Assembly (NCBI GenBank): GCA_964016885.1
Contig: OZ024741.1
Span: 265,174,001-265,238,000 of the forward strand
DNA from: Eledone cirrhosa
Taxonomy: Eukaryota
Length of the DNA stretch: 64,000 nt
Reading direction: 5' to 3'
Shown here: positions 1 through 13,073 of the stretch, piece after piece
Numbering within the stretch: the stretch's first letter is position 1
How the letters are laid out: each line of letters opens with the position of its first letter
The notes under the pieces: model-generated
The model's database searches: none
Told to the model about the DNA's origin: nothing
The model's input: the letters and a program-made list of their open reading frames with translations, nothing else
Made by a program: the position numbers and the translations under genes

Positions 1-200
1 TTATCCAATCATCTTTCTCAGGCTCTACTCCTGGGTCTCCTGTCAGTTGGTTTTTGCCCGTAAAATCTGTCCAACGATTCTTTCTTGAGACATTCTAACC
101 ACATGCTCATAGTATCGGAGATGTGATATCTCATTTCGGAGAAGTAGTGGCTCTACCTGGAGTGACTCTCTGACTTTGATCTCTGACCTACATACTCTAT
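1..200 (-). mobile_element. RTE-type LINE 3' fragment (related copy at 24720-25325)
   Basis: Minus strand reads ..LRYYEHVVRMSQERIV..; shares gagacattctaaccacatgc with 24938-24957. Confidence 0.6.
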
Positions 201-496
201 CGGTTAAATAGTAAATACTTTATGGTTTATTTTTATCTCTTTCAGATTCCATATCACCAATGTTTAAATGCCTTGTTGCCAGTGACTTCTTTACACCCTG
301 AATGAATGCTGATATATGAAATGAATCAAGGAGACTATATCAAAAAGATTTCTAGAAAAAATGTTATTTTGGTTTGAAATGAAATCTTAAGAAATGTAAA
401 AAAAAAAAATTTTTTTTATTTCCAAAGAAATCAAGTTTTAGAGGGTTATCAGCAGAATCAGAAAAAAATATTTTTGGACTTTGTTTCACAAGTCAA

Positions 497-1166
497 ATGT
501 CTCCTGCTAAAAGTAAAATCCGAGATCGGAAATCTAAAATGAAACTGAAACAACATAATCGATATTACCATCAAAATCAATACATTGATTCTAACCCTTA
601 TAATATCACCTCGAAAGAACGAAGGGCGCCCAGATTTCATGATGGGCATATGGACCCTGCGACCTTAGAGGCTCATGTTGAAGCAGCCACTGTTGCAGCT
701 TCTGCCGCAGTTGCTGCAGAAATGGCTAATTCCAATTGCGCGGATTTACAACCAATTATGTACCCATCTTCATCAAAAACAGACAAATCCTCTCTACCGA
801 GATTATTTATACCTGAAATCCCATTATCATCTTCATCTGTATTTCCTGATGAAAATCAAATGCAGGCTGCTGCCGCCGCTGCTGCTGGTGTTAAGGACCT
901 CGATATGGGGAACGTAAAGCAAGAGGACTTGCAACTTTTCCTTGAATCTATCCCCAACTTTCACAACGCTAACATTGTCAGGGGTGGCCGCTGCGTTAAA
1001 TCAGGTTTCGTTCAAGTTGTGAAAGGGGAAAACTACTTAAGAGATATGTTTTATAGCACAGCAACGACCTCACATCGAAACATAATTGTCGTGAGAGAGA
1101 CTCTTTACTGTAGCGGCCGTGGCAATTGTTTACGTGCCTGTGGGGGCAGAGGGCAATGTGTAGAAG
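497..1166 (+). CDS. Gene A coding exon 1 (uncharacterised protein; N-terminal low-complexity region and start of a Cys-rich putative Zn/DNA-binding domain)
   Basis: ORF 497.. ends at GAA G|GTAAGT donor (1166/1167), phase 1. A pyrimidine-rich acceptor ...tctctttcag at 245 suggests the exon starts at 246 with a 5' UTR. Confidence 0.8.
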
Positions 1167-2857
1167 GTAAGTTGTGATATTTTACTGTTTCTTAACCCTT
1201 AAGCATTTAAACCAGCCGTATACAGCCACAATTCTCTCTCCTCTTTCTATTCAAACCAGCCGTAATTGGCCAATCATACTGATGTTAAGGTATTGTTCTC
1301 AAAATAAATAATATCAAAAACTCATAGATTCGATATTATGTGAGATAATTATGAGAGATTCAGCCTTTACTGGAAAAATAGAATAGTAAATATAGAGTAA
1401 TGCAAATGCTAAAGGGTTGAATGATAAATTTTTGGTTTACCTAACTAAGTGAGATGAAAATGGCTGAGAGAGGTTTGTAACATCGCCATTGTATTGTATT
1501 ATATTATATTGCAGTAAACATTCTTTTAACCTCAGCTTAATTTCAATGCTGCTCTCATGAAAAATGTACCCAGTACACTCTGTTAAATGTTTGGTTATAG
1601 GAAGGGCATCTTGCTGAAGAAACCATGCCAAACAAAGGTCAAGAGGAGTCTTTGGTTGTGTTAAAAGCAGGACAACTTCTTTAGAGCCAGTGCCATGATA
1701 AAATGCTTTCAATACACTCTGTAAGGTTGTTAGGTTAAAGGAAGAGCATCAAGCCATCGAAACATTGCCAAACAAAGGGTTGAGCGAACTTTTCAACTGT
1801 GTTAAAGACATGATAAATCTCCTCTTCCCTAGTGCTGGTGTTACAATAAAATGCACTCAGTACACTCTGTAGAGTGCAGGAACATATGTAAACTATGAGG
1901 GTCAGCTGAAAAGTTGATAGCCTGACCAAGATACTCTCATGGAATAACCAAATGAGGTTTATTTTTCAACATAGTCAATCATCATCATCATTTCATTTTT
2001 ACGTCCACTTTTCCCTCCTTGCAAGGGTGGGACGGGAACTGATTCTGGCTTGATTTCTACAGCTGGATACCCTTCCTAAAACCAACCTCATTTACAGTGA
2101 GTGCTGGGTGCTTTTTTCCGTGGCGTCTACACGTCCACTTTACAGTGGAATGATAGGGAACAATGCAGTTATTAATAAAAAGAGTTGAAATTAATGCATG
2201 CAAGATTTCACAGCTCTAGCATCACTCCTTCATAGTCGGCCTATGAACTTTTCAGCCTACTCTCGGGTCCATCTGAGATAGCTCTGATTAAATACTGACT
2301 AGTCTGTGAAGACTCATCCAACCCTTGCTAACAGGAAAATGGATGTTAAATGATAACTGCTCCAGTGCTAATTATTATTATAAACAAATAAATATTAGTA
2401 AAAGATCGATAATTTCCAAAAAGCCGGTACAATGTGGTAGAAAAATACGAAGAAGAAACGATGACAAATAAAACAAAACAAAGTAATGTATTACCTAGTG
2501 TATTTAAACATGATATTTCGGGGCAAATACCCTCTTTTCAGATGTGGAGCTAAAACAGTTCAAAACAAAACAAAACGAGCAATCAAAGTATTCTTTCCTA
2601 ACTGGTGCCTATGTGTCAGTAAAATGCATGCACAGAGTCACTACAATAACCATTCTACCTTATGCATTTCTGATCTATTTGTCCTTGGTTTTATCCAGCT
2701 GATGATAATGGCTGAATAAACATTAAATAGTATTTACATGACTATATTGAAAGGTGGTTAGAATATTTCATAGTTGTCGTTCTGGTTCTCTACATTCTCT
2801 GTTTAAATCTCACCAGGTCAAATTTACTTTTCATTCTTCCAAGGATGATAAAGTACT

Positions 2858-2889
<32 letters not shown>

Positions 2890-2974
2890 ATGTATATATA
2901 TGTATATATTTAGCGTGGAAGAATGGACATAAAATGGTGGTGGTGATGATGATATATATGTATGTGTACCATCA

Positions 2975-4420
2975 TCATCATCATTTTTATGTCGATTTGT
3001 CCATGCTTGCATGGGTTGGACAGATCCTTTTCAGCATGGCATCTCTCTACTCGCTGCATTTCTTCCTCATCTCCTCAGTAATTTGAGATCAGCTCTCACC
3101 ACCACGGCCCAGGTCTTTCTTGGTCTACCTTTACTGCGGCTTCCTTACACTGACATTTCCTGCCACTTCTTCATCCAATGATCATCATCCATTCATGTCA
3201 CATGCCAGTTTCCCCCTTAGTTCATCCAAGCTCTGATTTTCTCTCACACTTACATTGCACTTTCAATAAATCATGGTTGCTTCATTTTTCTCCAGACTAC
3301 ACATATCCACTGCAGTCACGTTTCACTACCATGCAACATCACACTTCACACATCCTTTTGTACGTAGGGAGAAACTTTTCATTGACAACAATGGGAGTAG
3401 CTCTCTAAACTTCTTCTATCTTGCCCTTATTCTAGCTATTATGCTCTCAGAGTACCCTCCTCTACTTCTAATTAAATCACCTAGATAGCAGAGGCTATTA
3501 ACGACTTCTATGGATCCTTCATGTGATTGGAAAAAGTTTATATCACTGACACTCTTCCTGTTGATTACCCCTGTGCATCTTCTACATGCAAAGTTTTCCC
3601 TTTCTGTAAGTCTGCTTGTTATCCCACTACATCTCTTGTGTACATCATATAGAATGTATGCCTACTCCTTTTCTACATATTGAACAGGGCCACTTCCCTG
3701 AAGGACTCAGGGTCCTATCTTCTTTCCTACTTACTAACACTTTAATTTTGGCTAAGTTTACTCTCAGCCCTCTTGATTCCAAATTCTGTTTCCATATTGG
3801 GACTTATTCTTTAGTTCTTTTATTGATTCAGCTATAAGGACCAGGTCATCCACATAGAGAAGTTCCTATGAACAGCCAAGACGCCTAAAATTCCTCTCTT
3901 ATGGCCTGAAGAATTATGATGAACAACAGTGAGCTGAGAACTGAACCTTGATGAACTCCTACCTATACCTTGATTTCCTCATTAAACTCATTTCCTACTC
4001 ACACTATACTGACAGCTCCTCTGTACATGGCTTGCACTGTTCTCACAAGACATTCTTCTACACCTAATTTTCTTAAGGACCACCAGATAACAAATTGAGG
4101 TACTCTATCAAAACCTTTTGTAAATCAACAAAAGCTAGATATAGCAGCTTATTCTTGACTAGGAACTTCTCTTGTAGTTGTCTCACTAAAAAGAGGGCAT
4201 CTGTAGTACTTTTCCCAAGCACAAAACAGAACTGCATCTCATCTAATTTGACTCTTTCCCTAATATGCTGTGCTACAACTCTTTCTGTCACTTTCATAAC
4301 TTGGTTCATTAGTTTTATTCCTCTGTAGTTGCTCCTTTCTAGAGCATCACCTTTACCCTTGTAGCAATTTATGATTATACTATGGGGCCAATCATTGGGC
4401 AAGACTCCGCCCTGCATTAC
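2975..4420 (-). mobile_element. Degenerate 5'-truncated RTE LINE
   Basis: YKGKGDALERSNYRGIKL..TTDALFLVRQLQEKF; homologous to the 19-22 kb element; (GAT)n tail near 2975. Confidence 0.85.
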
Positions 4421-5318
4421 CTCATTAACCCTTTAGCATTTACATTACTCTATATATATTATTGTATTTTCACAGTAAAGGCTTTATCTCATATAATTAT
4501 TTCACATAATATCGAATCTATGAGATTTTGATGTTATTTATTTTGAGAACAATACTTCAACATCAGTATGAGGGGCTGGTTATAGCCAGTTTGGAGAGGA
4601 AAAGGTGAGAGAATTCTGGCCAGATATGGCTGGTTTAAATGCTAAAAGGGTTAACTATGCAGGTTAGTAGTTCAGCTCCTACTTCTCCTGATGCATTCAG
4701 CATCTCGGCAACTCTTACTGATATACATACATATATATATATATATAATAGGAAAAGAGTCAGGACCCTGACGGCTGGGCTCCGGCTGTTTCGGGGTCCT
4801 GACTCTTCTCCTATTACCTACTCTACTACCCTAAGTATTGAGTACTCTGGTGCATTATGGTCCACCTGGTATCTTACCATACCCTCTTTGTTATATATAT
4901 ATATATATATATATGTGTGTATATATCATCATCATCATCATCATCATCATCATTTTATGTCCGCTTTTCCCTGCTTGCAAGGGTGGGACGAGAACTAATG
5001 CTAGCTTGATTTCTACAGCTGGATGCTCTTCCTAACACCAACCTCATTTAGTGAGTGCTGGGTGCTTTTTTGCCGTGGCACCTCCACGACTACTTTGCAG
5101 TGTAATGATATGGACCCCAGTCCCTATCATCTCATTTCTACAGCTGAGTAAACTGGGGCAATGTGAAATAAAGTGTCTTGCTCAAGGAAACAACACATCA
5201 CCCGGTCTGAGAATTGAACTCACAACTTTTCAATTGCAAGGCCAATGCTCTAACCACTAAGCCATGTGCCTCCATAGCCATGTGCCTCCATACATACATA
5301 CGACGAATAAGATCTATT

Positions 5319-5415
5319 AGACATATTACAACCGTTTCTCTGGCGACCAGCTTGAGGCACGATCGATGCAATGATCAAACCTGACTTTGAAATCGTAAGA
5401 TCCTCAGATATGTCT
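5319..5415 (-). ncRNA. Type I hammerhead ribozyme with long helix II (copy 1)
   Basis: Minus strand reads AGACATAT-CTGAGGA-[~60-nt stem-loop TCT...AGA]-GAAAC-GGTT-GTA^ATATGTCT, with a perfect 8-bp helix I. Confidence 0.72.
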
Positions 5416-6134
5416 CGATTCTACGAAGCAGAGTTTCCAAAATATATATAGTAATAATAATAAATGTGAAGACTAAAATCCAAAGATGGCTCGATAAGGA
5501 TAAATATATATCAAATATATAAGAACCCTAGAGCAAATATTTCAGAAGATCCCGTTAAGGGTGAAAGAAGCGATTCTTTGCTTAAACTTTAATCTGTTAT
5601 TTTAATAAATAAATAAATATATGTATGTATGTATGTGTGTGTGTTTCTATCCTTCTCTGAAGGAAACCTGCTGTGATCAGACCTGAAGAGGGATGGGCTC
5701 CGCCTGGTTTAAAGTGCCCAAGACATGCTATATGTCACCCCTACAACTCAATAAGCTGTTAAGGAGTCATTGATGGACATTAAAAACATATATAGTTATA
5801 TACACAGTACAAAAACAGAATATCTTATGAGTGATATGTATATATATTCTTATATATATCTATAGATACATGCTGTAAAGGGGATGTAAGGGCATGCAAC
5901 CTAAGAAAGCTGGTCACACAAAAGGTTGGGAGGCCCCTTTAGTTGTGTCAAAGATATGGCCACCTCTCTAGTGCTGGTGCCATGATAAAATGTACTTGTT
6001 AGGAAATGGGATGTAAGCAAGTTGCGAACCCCCAGCCTATCTGGTATGTCAGTAGATCTGCTTCACTACGGACTCAGACTGTAAAAACTCTTCCAACCCT
6101 TGATAGTAGGAAAAGCAGGCATTAAATGATAATA

Positions 6135-9100
6135 TCTATCTCCCTGTCTCCCTATCTATTTATCTATCTCCCTACTTATCTCCCTGTCTCCCTATCTATT
6201 TATCTATCTCCCTACTTATCTCCCTGTCTCCCTATCTATTTATCTATCTCCCTACATATCTCCCTGTCTCCCTATCTATTTATCTATCTCCCTACTTATC
6301 TCCCTGTCTCCCTATCTATTTATCTATCTCCCTACATATCTCCCTGTCTCCCTATCTATTTATCTATCTCCCTGTCTCCCTATCTATTTATCTATCTACC
6401 TACATATCTCCCTGTCTCCCTATCTATTTATCTATCTCCCTACATATCTCCCTGTCTCCCTATCTATTTATCTATCTCCCTACATATGTCCCTGTCTCCC
6501 TATCTATTTATCTATCTCCCTACATATGTCCCTGTCTCCCTATCTATTTATCTATCTACCTACATATGTCCCTGTCTCCCTATCTATTTATCTATCTCCC
6601 TACATATCTCCCTGTCTCCCTATCTATTTATCTATCTCCCTACTTATCTCCCTGTCTCCCTATCTATTTATCTATCTACCTACATATGTCCCTGTCTCCC
6701 TATCTATTTATCTATCTCCCTACATATCTCCCTGTCTCCCTATCTATTTATCTATCTCCCTACATATCTCCCTGTCTCCCTATCTATTTATCTATCTCAG
6801 GGACAGTTTGCACTCGGCCCAGCAGTGGGCCGAGTGCAAACTGTCCCTGAAAGGTCGGGCGGAGGTGGCGAACACTTATATAGCGTCCGTCATCTACTAC
6901 CGCCTGACCGTGGTGCCTTGCCCAAGGGAAACGCTCGCCAAAATGGAGCGCGCACTCTTCCAATTCCTTTGGAAGAAGCGGGCTCCTATGGTGAGGAGAT
7001 CCATCTGCTGTCAACACCCTTCGAAAGGAGGGCTGGGGATGCCGTGGCTGATGATACGTACACACGCATTAAGGCTACGGCACCTTCAGGTATTCCTCTC
7101 CGGTCAACCGGTGTGGGCCCCGTTTGTGAGGCGAGCCTTTCCCAGACTCGTCTCACTCACCGAGCTGCAATCCTGGGTCAAGCAAAGACCGAGAAAACTG
7201 GGCGCCTGGCACACCGAGTGTGCCCAGGCGCTCACAGCTCTCTGGCAGGCGGACCCGGCTGTCAGTGGAGAATCCACCTCATCATTCTATAGAGGGCTGG
7301 TGGTTAGCAGGTGCGACGACGCCCTCGGAGAAGCCCTAGGCATGGAGGAAGACGAACTGGCCAACCTGTTCGGTAGGACATTCAGCCCGGGACCCATGGA
7401 TAACTTCCAGAGGTCCCTGGCCTGGCAATGCTACCGAGGGGCTCTGCCCGTTTGAGAAAGGCTCTACAGACACGGGCGCCCGGGTAGGGACCCCTCGAAA
7501 AAGATCTGTCCCAGATGCGTGTGCGACGAGGAAACCGTTGCACACGCATTGGTACACTGCTCGGGCATTGCCGATCTGTGGGGCTATGTCGAACAACTGC
7601 TGTCAAGGGTGGGACCGATCCGGTTGACCACCGAGTCTATTGTAACGATCAAGCCGCCTCCCCTCTTCAAAAACGAAGGAGAGGCGGTGTTTCTGTGCGT
7701 AATAGCCATGGCGAAAGAGGTTGTATGGTGGACGCGTCTGAAAGGACTGAGGTCAGACACCTTTCTCTCTGGCCAACAACTGGTCCGTTTCTTCCGATAT
7801 CATTTCGGAAGAAGGATCAGGATGGAGAGAGAGGTGCTGCACCCCAGCCGTTTCTATGAAAGATGGGTGAAAGTGGCGAGAATGGCCCGTGTGAATGGGC
7901 CTTCACTCTACATCAGACTATAGGTGAGGAAGATGAAAGACCAAGGGAGCACCCCTTCTCTGTGCTCCTGAGGAGAAGGGTTGCACACTTTTTTCGGGGG
8001 TGTGTGCGACCCCCCAAGGCGCCTCCTCTCTATTGAGGACTTTGTTATAAATTTTATTTTTTGTTATATTTTATTTTATTTTTATATATTGTTATTGCCT
8101 CCTCCTTATTGAGGACGCCTTGTTTTGTAAACTCCCCCCATTGTACTTGTCCCACTTTTGATGCCCTGGTGGCAAATAAAAGAAACATATCTATTTATCT
8201 ATCTCCCTACATATGTCCCTGTCTCCCTATCTATTTATCTATCTCCCTACATATCTCCCTGTCTCCCTATCTATTTATCTATCTCCCTACATATCTCCCT
8301 GTCTCCCTATCTATTTATCTATCTCCCTACATATCTCCCTGTCTCCCTATCTATTTATCTATCTCCCTACATATCTCCCTGTCTCCCTATCTATTTATCT
8401 ATCTCCCTACATATCTCCCTGTCTCCCTATCTATTTATCTATCTCCCTACATATCTCCCTGTCTCCCTATCTATTTATCTATCTCCCTACATATCTCCCT
8501 GTCTCCCTATCTATTTATCTATCTCCCTACATATCTCCCTGTCTCCCTATCTATTTATCTATCTCCCTACTTATCTCCCTGTCTCCCTATCTATTTATCT
8601 ATCTCCCTACATATCTCCCTGTCTCCCTATCTATTTATCTATCTCCCTACATATCTCCCTGTCTCCCTATCTATTTATCTATCTCCCTACATATCTCCCT
8701 GTCTCCCTATCTATTTATCTATCTCCCTACATATCTCCCTGTCTCCCTATCTATTTATCTATCTCCCTACATATCTCCCTGTCTCCCTATCTATTTATCT
8801 ATCTCCCTACATATCTCCCTGTCTCCCTATCTATTTATCTATCTACCTACATATCTCCCTGTCTCCCTATCTATTTATCTATCTCCCTACATATCTCCCT
8901 GTCTCCCTATCTATTTATCTATCTCCCTACTTATGTCTCCCTGTCTCCCTATCTATTTATCTATCTCCCTACTTATGTCTGTCTGTTTGTCTCCCTGTCT
9001 ATCTCTATATATATATATATATGTCTCTCTATCTACATATCTACCTACCTGTCTGCGTGTCACTCTATCTATCTACCTACCTGTCTGTCTGTCTGTCACT

Positions 9101-9550
9101 CTACCTACCTACCTGTCTGCGTGTCACTCTATCTACCTACCTGTCTGCCTGTCACTCTACCTACCTACCTGTCTGTCTGTCACTCTACCTACCTGTCTGT
9201 CTGTCTGTCACTCTATCTATCTACCTACCTGTCTGTCTGCCTGTCACTCTATCTACCTACCTACCTACCTGTCTGTCTGTCACTCTACCTACCAACCTGT
9301 CTGCCTGTCATTCTATCTATATACCTACCTACCTACCTGTCTCTCACTCTACCTACCTACCTGTCTGCCTGTCACTCTATCTATCTATCTACCTACCTAC
9401 ATACCTGTCTGTCACTCTACCTACCTGTCTGTCTGTCCCTCAATCTATCTATCTACCCTGGTGGCAAATAAAAAGAAAGTTATCTACCTACCTATCTACC
9501 TCCCTATCAATTTAGCTAACTAGCTATCAACCTATCCATCTATCTATTTA
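6135..9550. repeat. 40-bp minisatellite (tccctgtctccctatctatttatctatctccctacatatc)n split by the Tx1 insertion, decaying into (CTAC/CTGT/CTAT)n
   Basis: Direct periodicity at 6135-6798 and 8188-~8975; tetranucleotide mosaic to 9550. Confidence 0.95.
6799..8187 (+). mobile_element. 5'-truncated Tx1/L1-clade LINE (ORF2 C-terminus with CCHC zinc knuckle, 3' UTR)
   Basis: Motifs LSLKGRAEVANTYIASVIYY, FLW, KGGLGMP and CPRC..EETVAHALVHC; one in-frame TGA at 7453-7455. AATAAA precedes the 3' end. 18-bp TSD TATCTATTTATCTATCTC at 6781-6798 and 8188-8205. GC-rich relative to flanks. Confidence 0.9.
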
Positions 9551-9551
9551 G

Positions 9552-9838
9552 GCTGTACCAGAACGTCAGAGAGAGTCACAGGTGGACATTCTTGTTTCTT
9601 CCAAGTCAAATTATCCATGTATTCAGCATCTCTTGGGACATGGAGAGTTAAAATCCAGGGTAGTCATGATGGACCAGTGGACTACTTGAAGAATTCACTG
9701 AAACCTGATGATGAAATGGTTAACAGAAATCAGGACTTCATCACTCTTGATCCAACACATCCTCTTAATTGTTCTGCTAATGAATTAATGGCTTCCCAAG
9801 CAGACGCTATTGCAGATTCGGTTCCCTTGAAATCTCAT
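9552..9838 (+). CDS. Gene A coding exon 2
   Basis: Acceptor tatttag|GC is phase-compatible with exon 1 and gives ...CVEGCTRTSERVTGGHSCFFQVKLSMYSASLGTWRVKIQGSH... Donor CAT|GTAAGT is phase 0. Confidence 0.8.
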
Positions 9839-10140
9839 GTAAGTTAATTGTTTGCTGTTGTAACTCTTGTTGTTGTAACTGTTATTATTATAATTGTTGT
9901 TGTAACTGTTGCTGTTGTTACTGTTGCTTGTGGCTGTTGTTACTGTAACATGCTGTTGTTGTTACTATTGTTGTTACTGTTGTTGGAACTTTTGTTGTTA
10001 CTGTTGTTGGAACTGTTGTTGTTACTGTTGTAGCTGATTTAACTATTGATATAACTGCTGTTGTTGTTGCTGTATTCTATTGTTTATTTCCAGTTTATTT
10101 ATTTGTCTATAAATTTCTTCTGTTGGAACAACCATTTTAG

Positions 10141-10384
10141 TGCCACCCTCTCGGCCCAGGTGTGTTGCCTCAGGACGTTGGAAACGCTGTTAATGGTATC
10201 AACAATGGTGACACCATAGAAAATTGTAAAAGTGAAATGCAGAGTATCAATGACAACAACTACCACCAGTCAACGTGTGAGGGTGACTACCAATCAACGT
10301 GTGATGGTAGTTGCCATCAAGAACTTGAGAGGTTACGCCAGGAAAATACAGCCTTAAAATTAGAGCTTCTCCAACTACAGCATG
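10141..10384 (+). CDS. Gene A coding exon 3 (includes coiled coil QELERLRQENTALKLELLQLQH)
   Basis: Acceptor ccattttag|TGC is in frame with ORF 10162. Donor CAT G|GTAAAC is phase 1. Confidence 0.75.
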
Positions 10385-11152
10385 GTAAACAAACAAATGA
10401 TATTTTACACTTTTATATACTCTTTTACTCTTTTACCTGTTTCAGCCATCCGGCTGAGGCCATGCTGGGGCACCGCCCTTGGTATGACTAGGATTTTTTT
10501 CCATACGCTGACATGTATGTGTAAATGTGTGTATGTCCATATACATTAATTTATATGTATGAGTATATAAATATAAATGCACAAACTCAGTCACACTTAT
10601 AGAAATACACGCTCACAGACATACATACACTCACACACAGTGTAGTTTTTTCACTATCCCCTTCCTATTACACACACTTACATTCATGCAGGCAGCAGAC
10701 ATAAAGAGAAAGAAGTAGTATGAGGTAGTCAAACTACTCTCCTCCCTTTATGTGTTGTGACAGAATTGCAGAAATTTATATATATATTTATAAATTACTG
10801 GAGGTCAACCAAGGAGGGGGGGTCCTCCAACGGGAGTGAGAAGGCCCTGGATTTTGGATATACATGCATGGCTATGTAGTTAAGGATTTTGCTTCGCAAC
10901 CATGTGGCTCTGGGTTCAGTCCTACTGTCTAGCAACTTGGGCAAATGTCTTCTACTGTACCCTCAAGTTAACCAATGCCTCTTGTGTAGAATTTGGTAGA
11001 CTAAAACTGTTGAAACCTTAGGTGATGCAATACTGAAGAGGTTAAACTCTGTGACAATAAAACATGAACACTGTTCAAGGGTCCTATGGAACAAATCTAC
11101 ACCCATCTTTTGCTGTCAGTAGATCCAAAAGGTGTGGCTGTGGCTGGTCCTA

Positions 11153-11345
11153 CGAGGGTTGAAAAGTTCATAGGTTGACCAAAATACTCTCATGGAATGA
11201 CCAAATGAGTTTTATTTTTCAACATAGTCCCTAGAAAGAAACAATGCAGTTATCAATAAGAAGAGTTGAAATTAATGCATGCAAGATTTCACAGCTCTAG
11301 CATTACTCCTTCATAGTCAACCTATGAACTTTTCAGCCTTCCTCG
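11153..11345. mobile_element. mariner-type MITE; interrupted copy at ~1896-2265
   Basis: TA-CGAGG..TGAAAAGTTCATAGGTTGAC...GTCAACCTATGAACTTTTCA..CCTCG-TA. Confidence 0.8.
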
Positions 11346-12239
11346 TATATAACCATTCATCACTTTAACCGGTTGTATCCTGCCAGAATTTTCTCGCTTC
11401 TTTTTGTTCAAACCAATTGCAACCGGCTGCTCATATTGATGTTATGGTATTGTTCTCAAAATAAATAATATAAAAATCTTACAGATTCGATATTGTGTGA
11501 GATATTATGTGAGGTAAAGCCTTTACCGTGAAAATATAATAGTAAATATAGAGTAATGTAAATGCTAAAGGGTTAAACAAATCATCAGCTTAACAGTCAG
11601 TTCTACATAACAAGCAGCAACATGCTGGCCTATTAGCAAGAGAATAAAGGGGCCAGGTAGAGGATATTACTAGAACTCTACACTAGCCACCATTGGGTGA
11701 TGGCTCTTCTAGCACAATCATTATTTGCTGTCTACACCTGTGACATATTGCACACTAATGTGACTTAGTTCTTCCCAAAGCTTCCTATTTTGTGGGGCTT
11801 TATTTAGACCAGACCATTTATAAACATTATCTTGCCAGCACCTTGGTCCTTACCCCTATTTCTTTTACCCTGAATCATAACCTCCATACATATTTAGAAA
11901 GACCTTTGTGTGAATGTTTTACGTGACCAAAGAGCTTCAGGACTTTCCTTTTGATAATGCACAAACCAGTGAGCAATTGTCCTGTCTGTGTCTTCCAATA
12001 GTGAAAAAGCAGGTTTTTTTAGACATAGCACTGCTTTCTGAGAAAAGGATCCCTAAACATTGCTTGCTCACTTCTTAAACCTGGCAACTCACTGCAGCTG
12101 TCTGGTTATCTAGTTAAGCAGTCCTAGAAGTGACAGAGATAGGCATTCATATGTCACTGTCGATAGGAGAGTCTATCATATATATATATAATACGTCAAA
12201 AGGGCTTCGAATAAATTTAGCAAAAAATAAAATGTTAAT

Positions 12240-12830
12240 ATGTAGGCAAGAAGATAGGGCACCAATCTCATCAGGGAAGTGACCTTGCTTGATATGTAGA
12301 GGAGGAAGAAGTAGGCATAAACTCTACACAGTGTACACAATGTAAATCTTGGGTACACAAGAGGTGTAGTGGGATAACAGGCAGACTAACAGGAAAGGAA
12401 GACTTTGTATGTAGTAGATGTTGAGTGTCAATTGATAGTAAGAGTGCTAATAATAATAAAAATGTAAACCTTTTAAAATCCCAGGAAGGATCCATAGAAA
12501 TTGTTGATAGTTTCTGCTACCTGGGTGATATAATTAACAGTGGAAAGAGATGCTAGGAGAATATAATAGCTAGAATAAGGATAGGATGGATGAAGTTTAG
12601 GGAATTGCTGCCCCTGTTAACAATAAACGGTTTGTCCCTACAAAAGAAAGGTCAGCTGTATGATGCCTGTGTACAAAGTGTCACGCTGAATGATAGTGAG
12701 ACATGGGCAGTGAATGCTGAGGAAATGGAGAGGCTAGAGAGAAATGAGGCAAGCATGCTTTGATAGATGTGTAATGTTAATGTGTGAGAATGGCAAAGCA
12801 TGGATAAACTGAGAAGAAGAGACTGAGGGT
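12240..12830 (+). mobile_element. Degenerate RTE LINE fragment (PHD-finger/RT C-terminal part)
   Basis: Nucleotide similarity to 19700-20250 (WVHKRCSGI, FCYLGD, LYDACV..SETW). Confidence 0.8.
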
Positions 12831-12958
12831 ACTGCTGGTGGTACTGTAGGTACTGTTAGTGGTGGTGGTGGTTATAGTGATGATGATGATAGATATAGTG
12901 ATGATGATGATGATTTCTTTTTTCTTCTTTCTTTTTTCTGTTTATGTTTGTTATCTAG

Positions 12959-13073
12959 CAGCTGATAACTTTAAACTATTAGAAGACCTGAAAGAACTCA
13001 TTAGGAAATATGAAAAAAGTGACAGTTTACCAACTTCTCCTCCATCCCCTGCAATGTATTTGATGAAGTTAAA
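12959..13073 (+). CDS. Gene A coding exon 4 (AADNFKLLEDLKELIRKYEK...MKLK)
   Basis: Polypyrimidine tract then TAGCAG tandem acceptor, phase 1. Donor TTA AA|GTAAGT is phase 2. Confidence 0.75.

Noticed and set aside
8061-9523. Three 436-484 aa ORFs (and the N-terminal parts of 6126/6526/6566)
   Set aside because: Translations of a stop-free 40-bp minisatellite open in all three frames; they lie in an intron of gene A.
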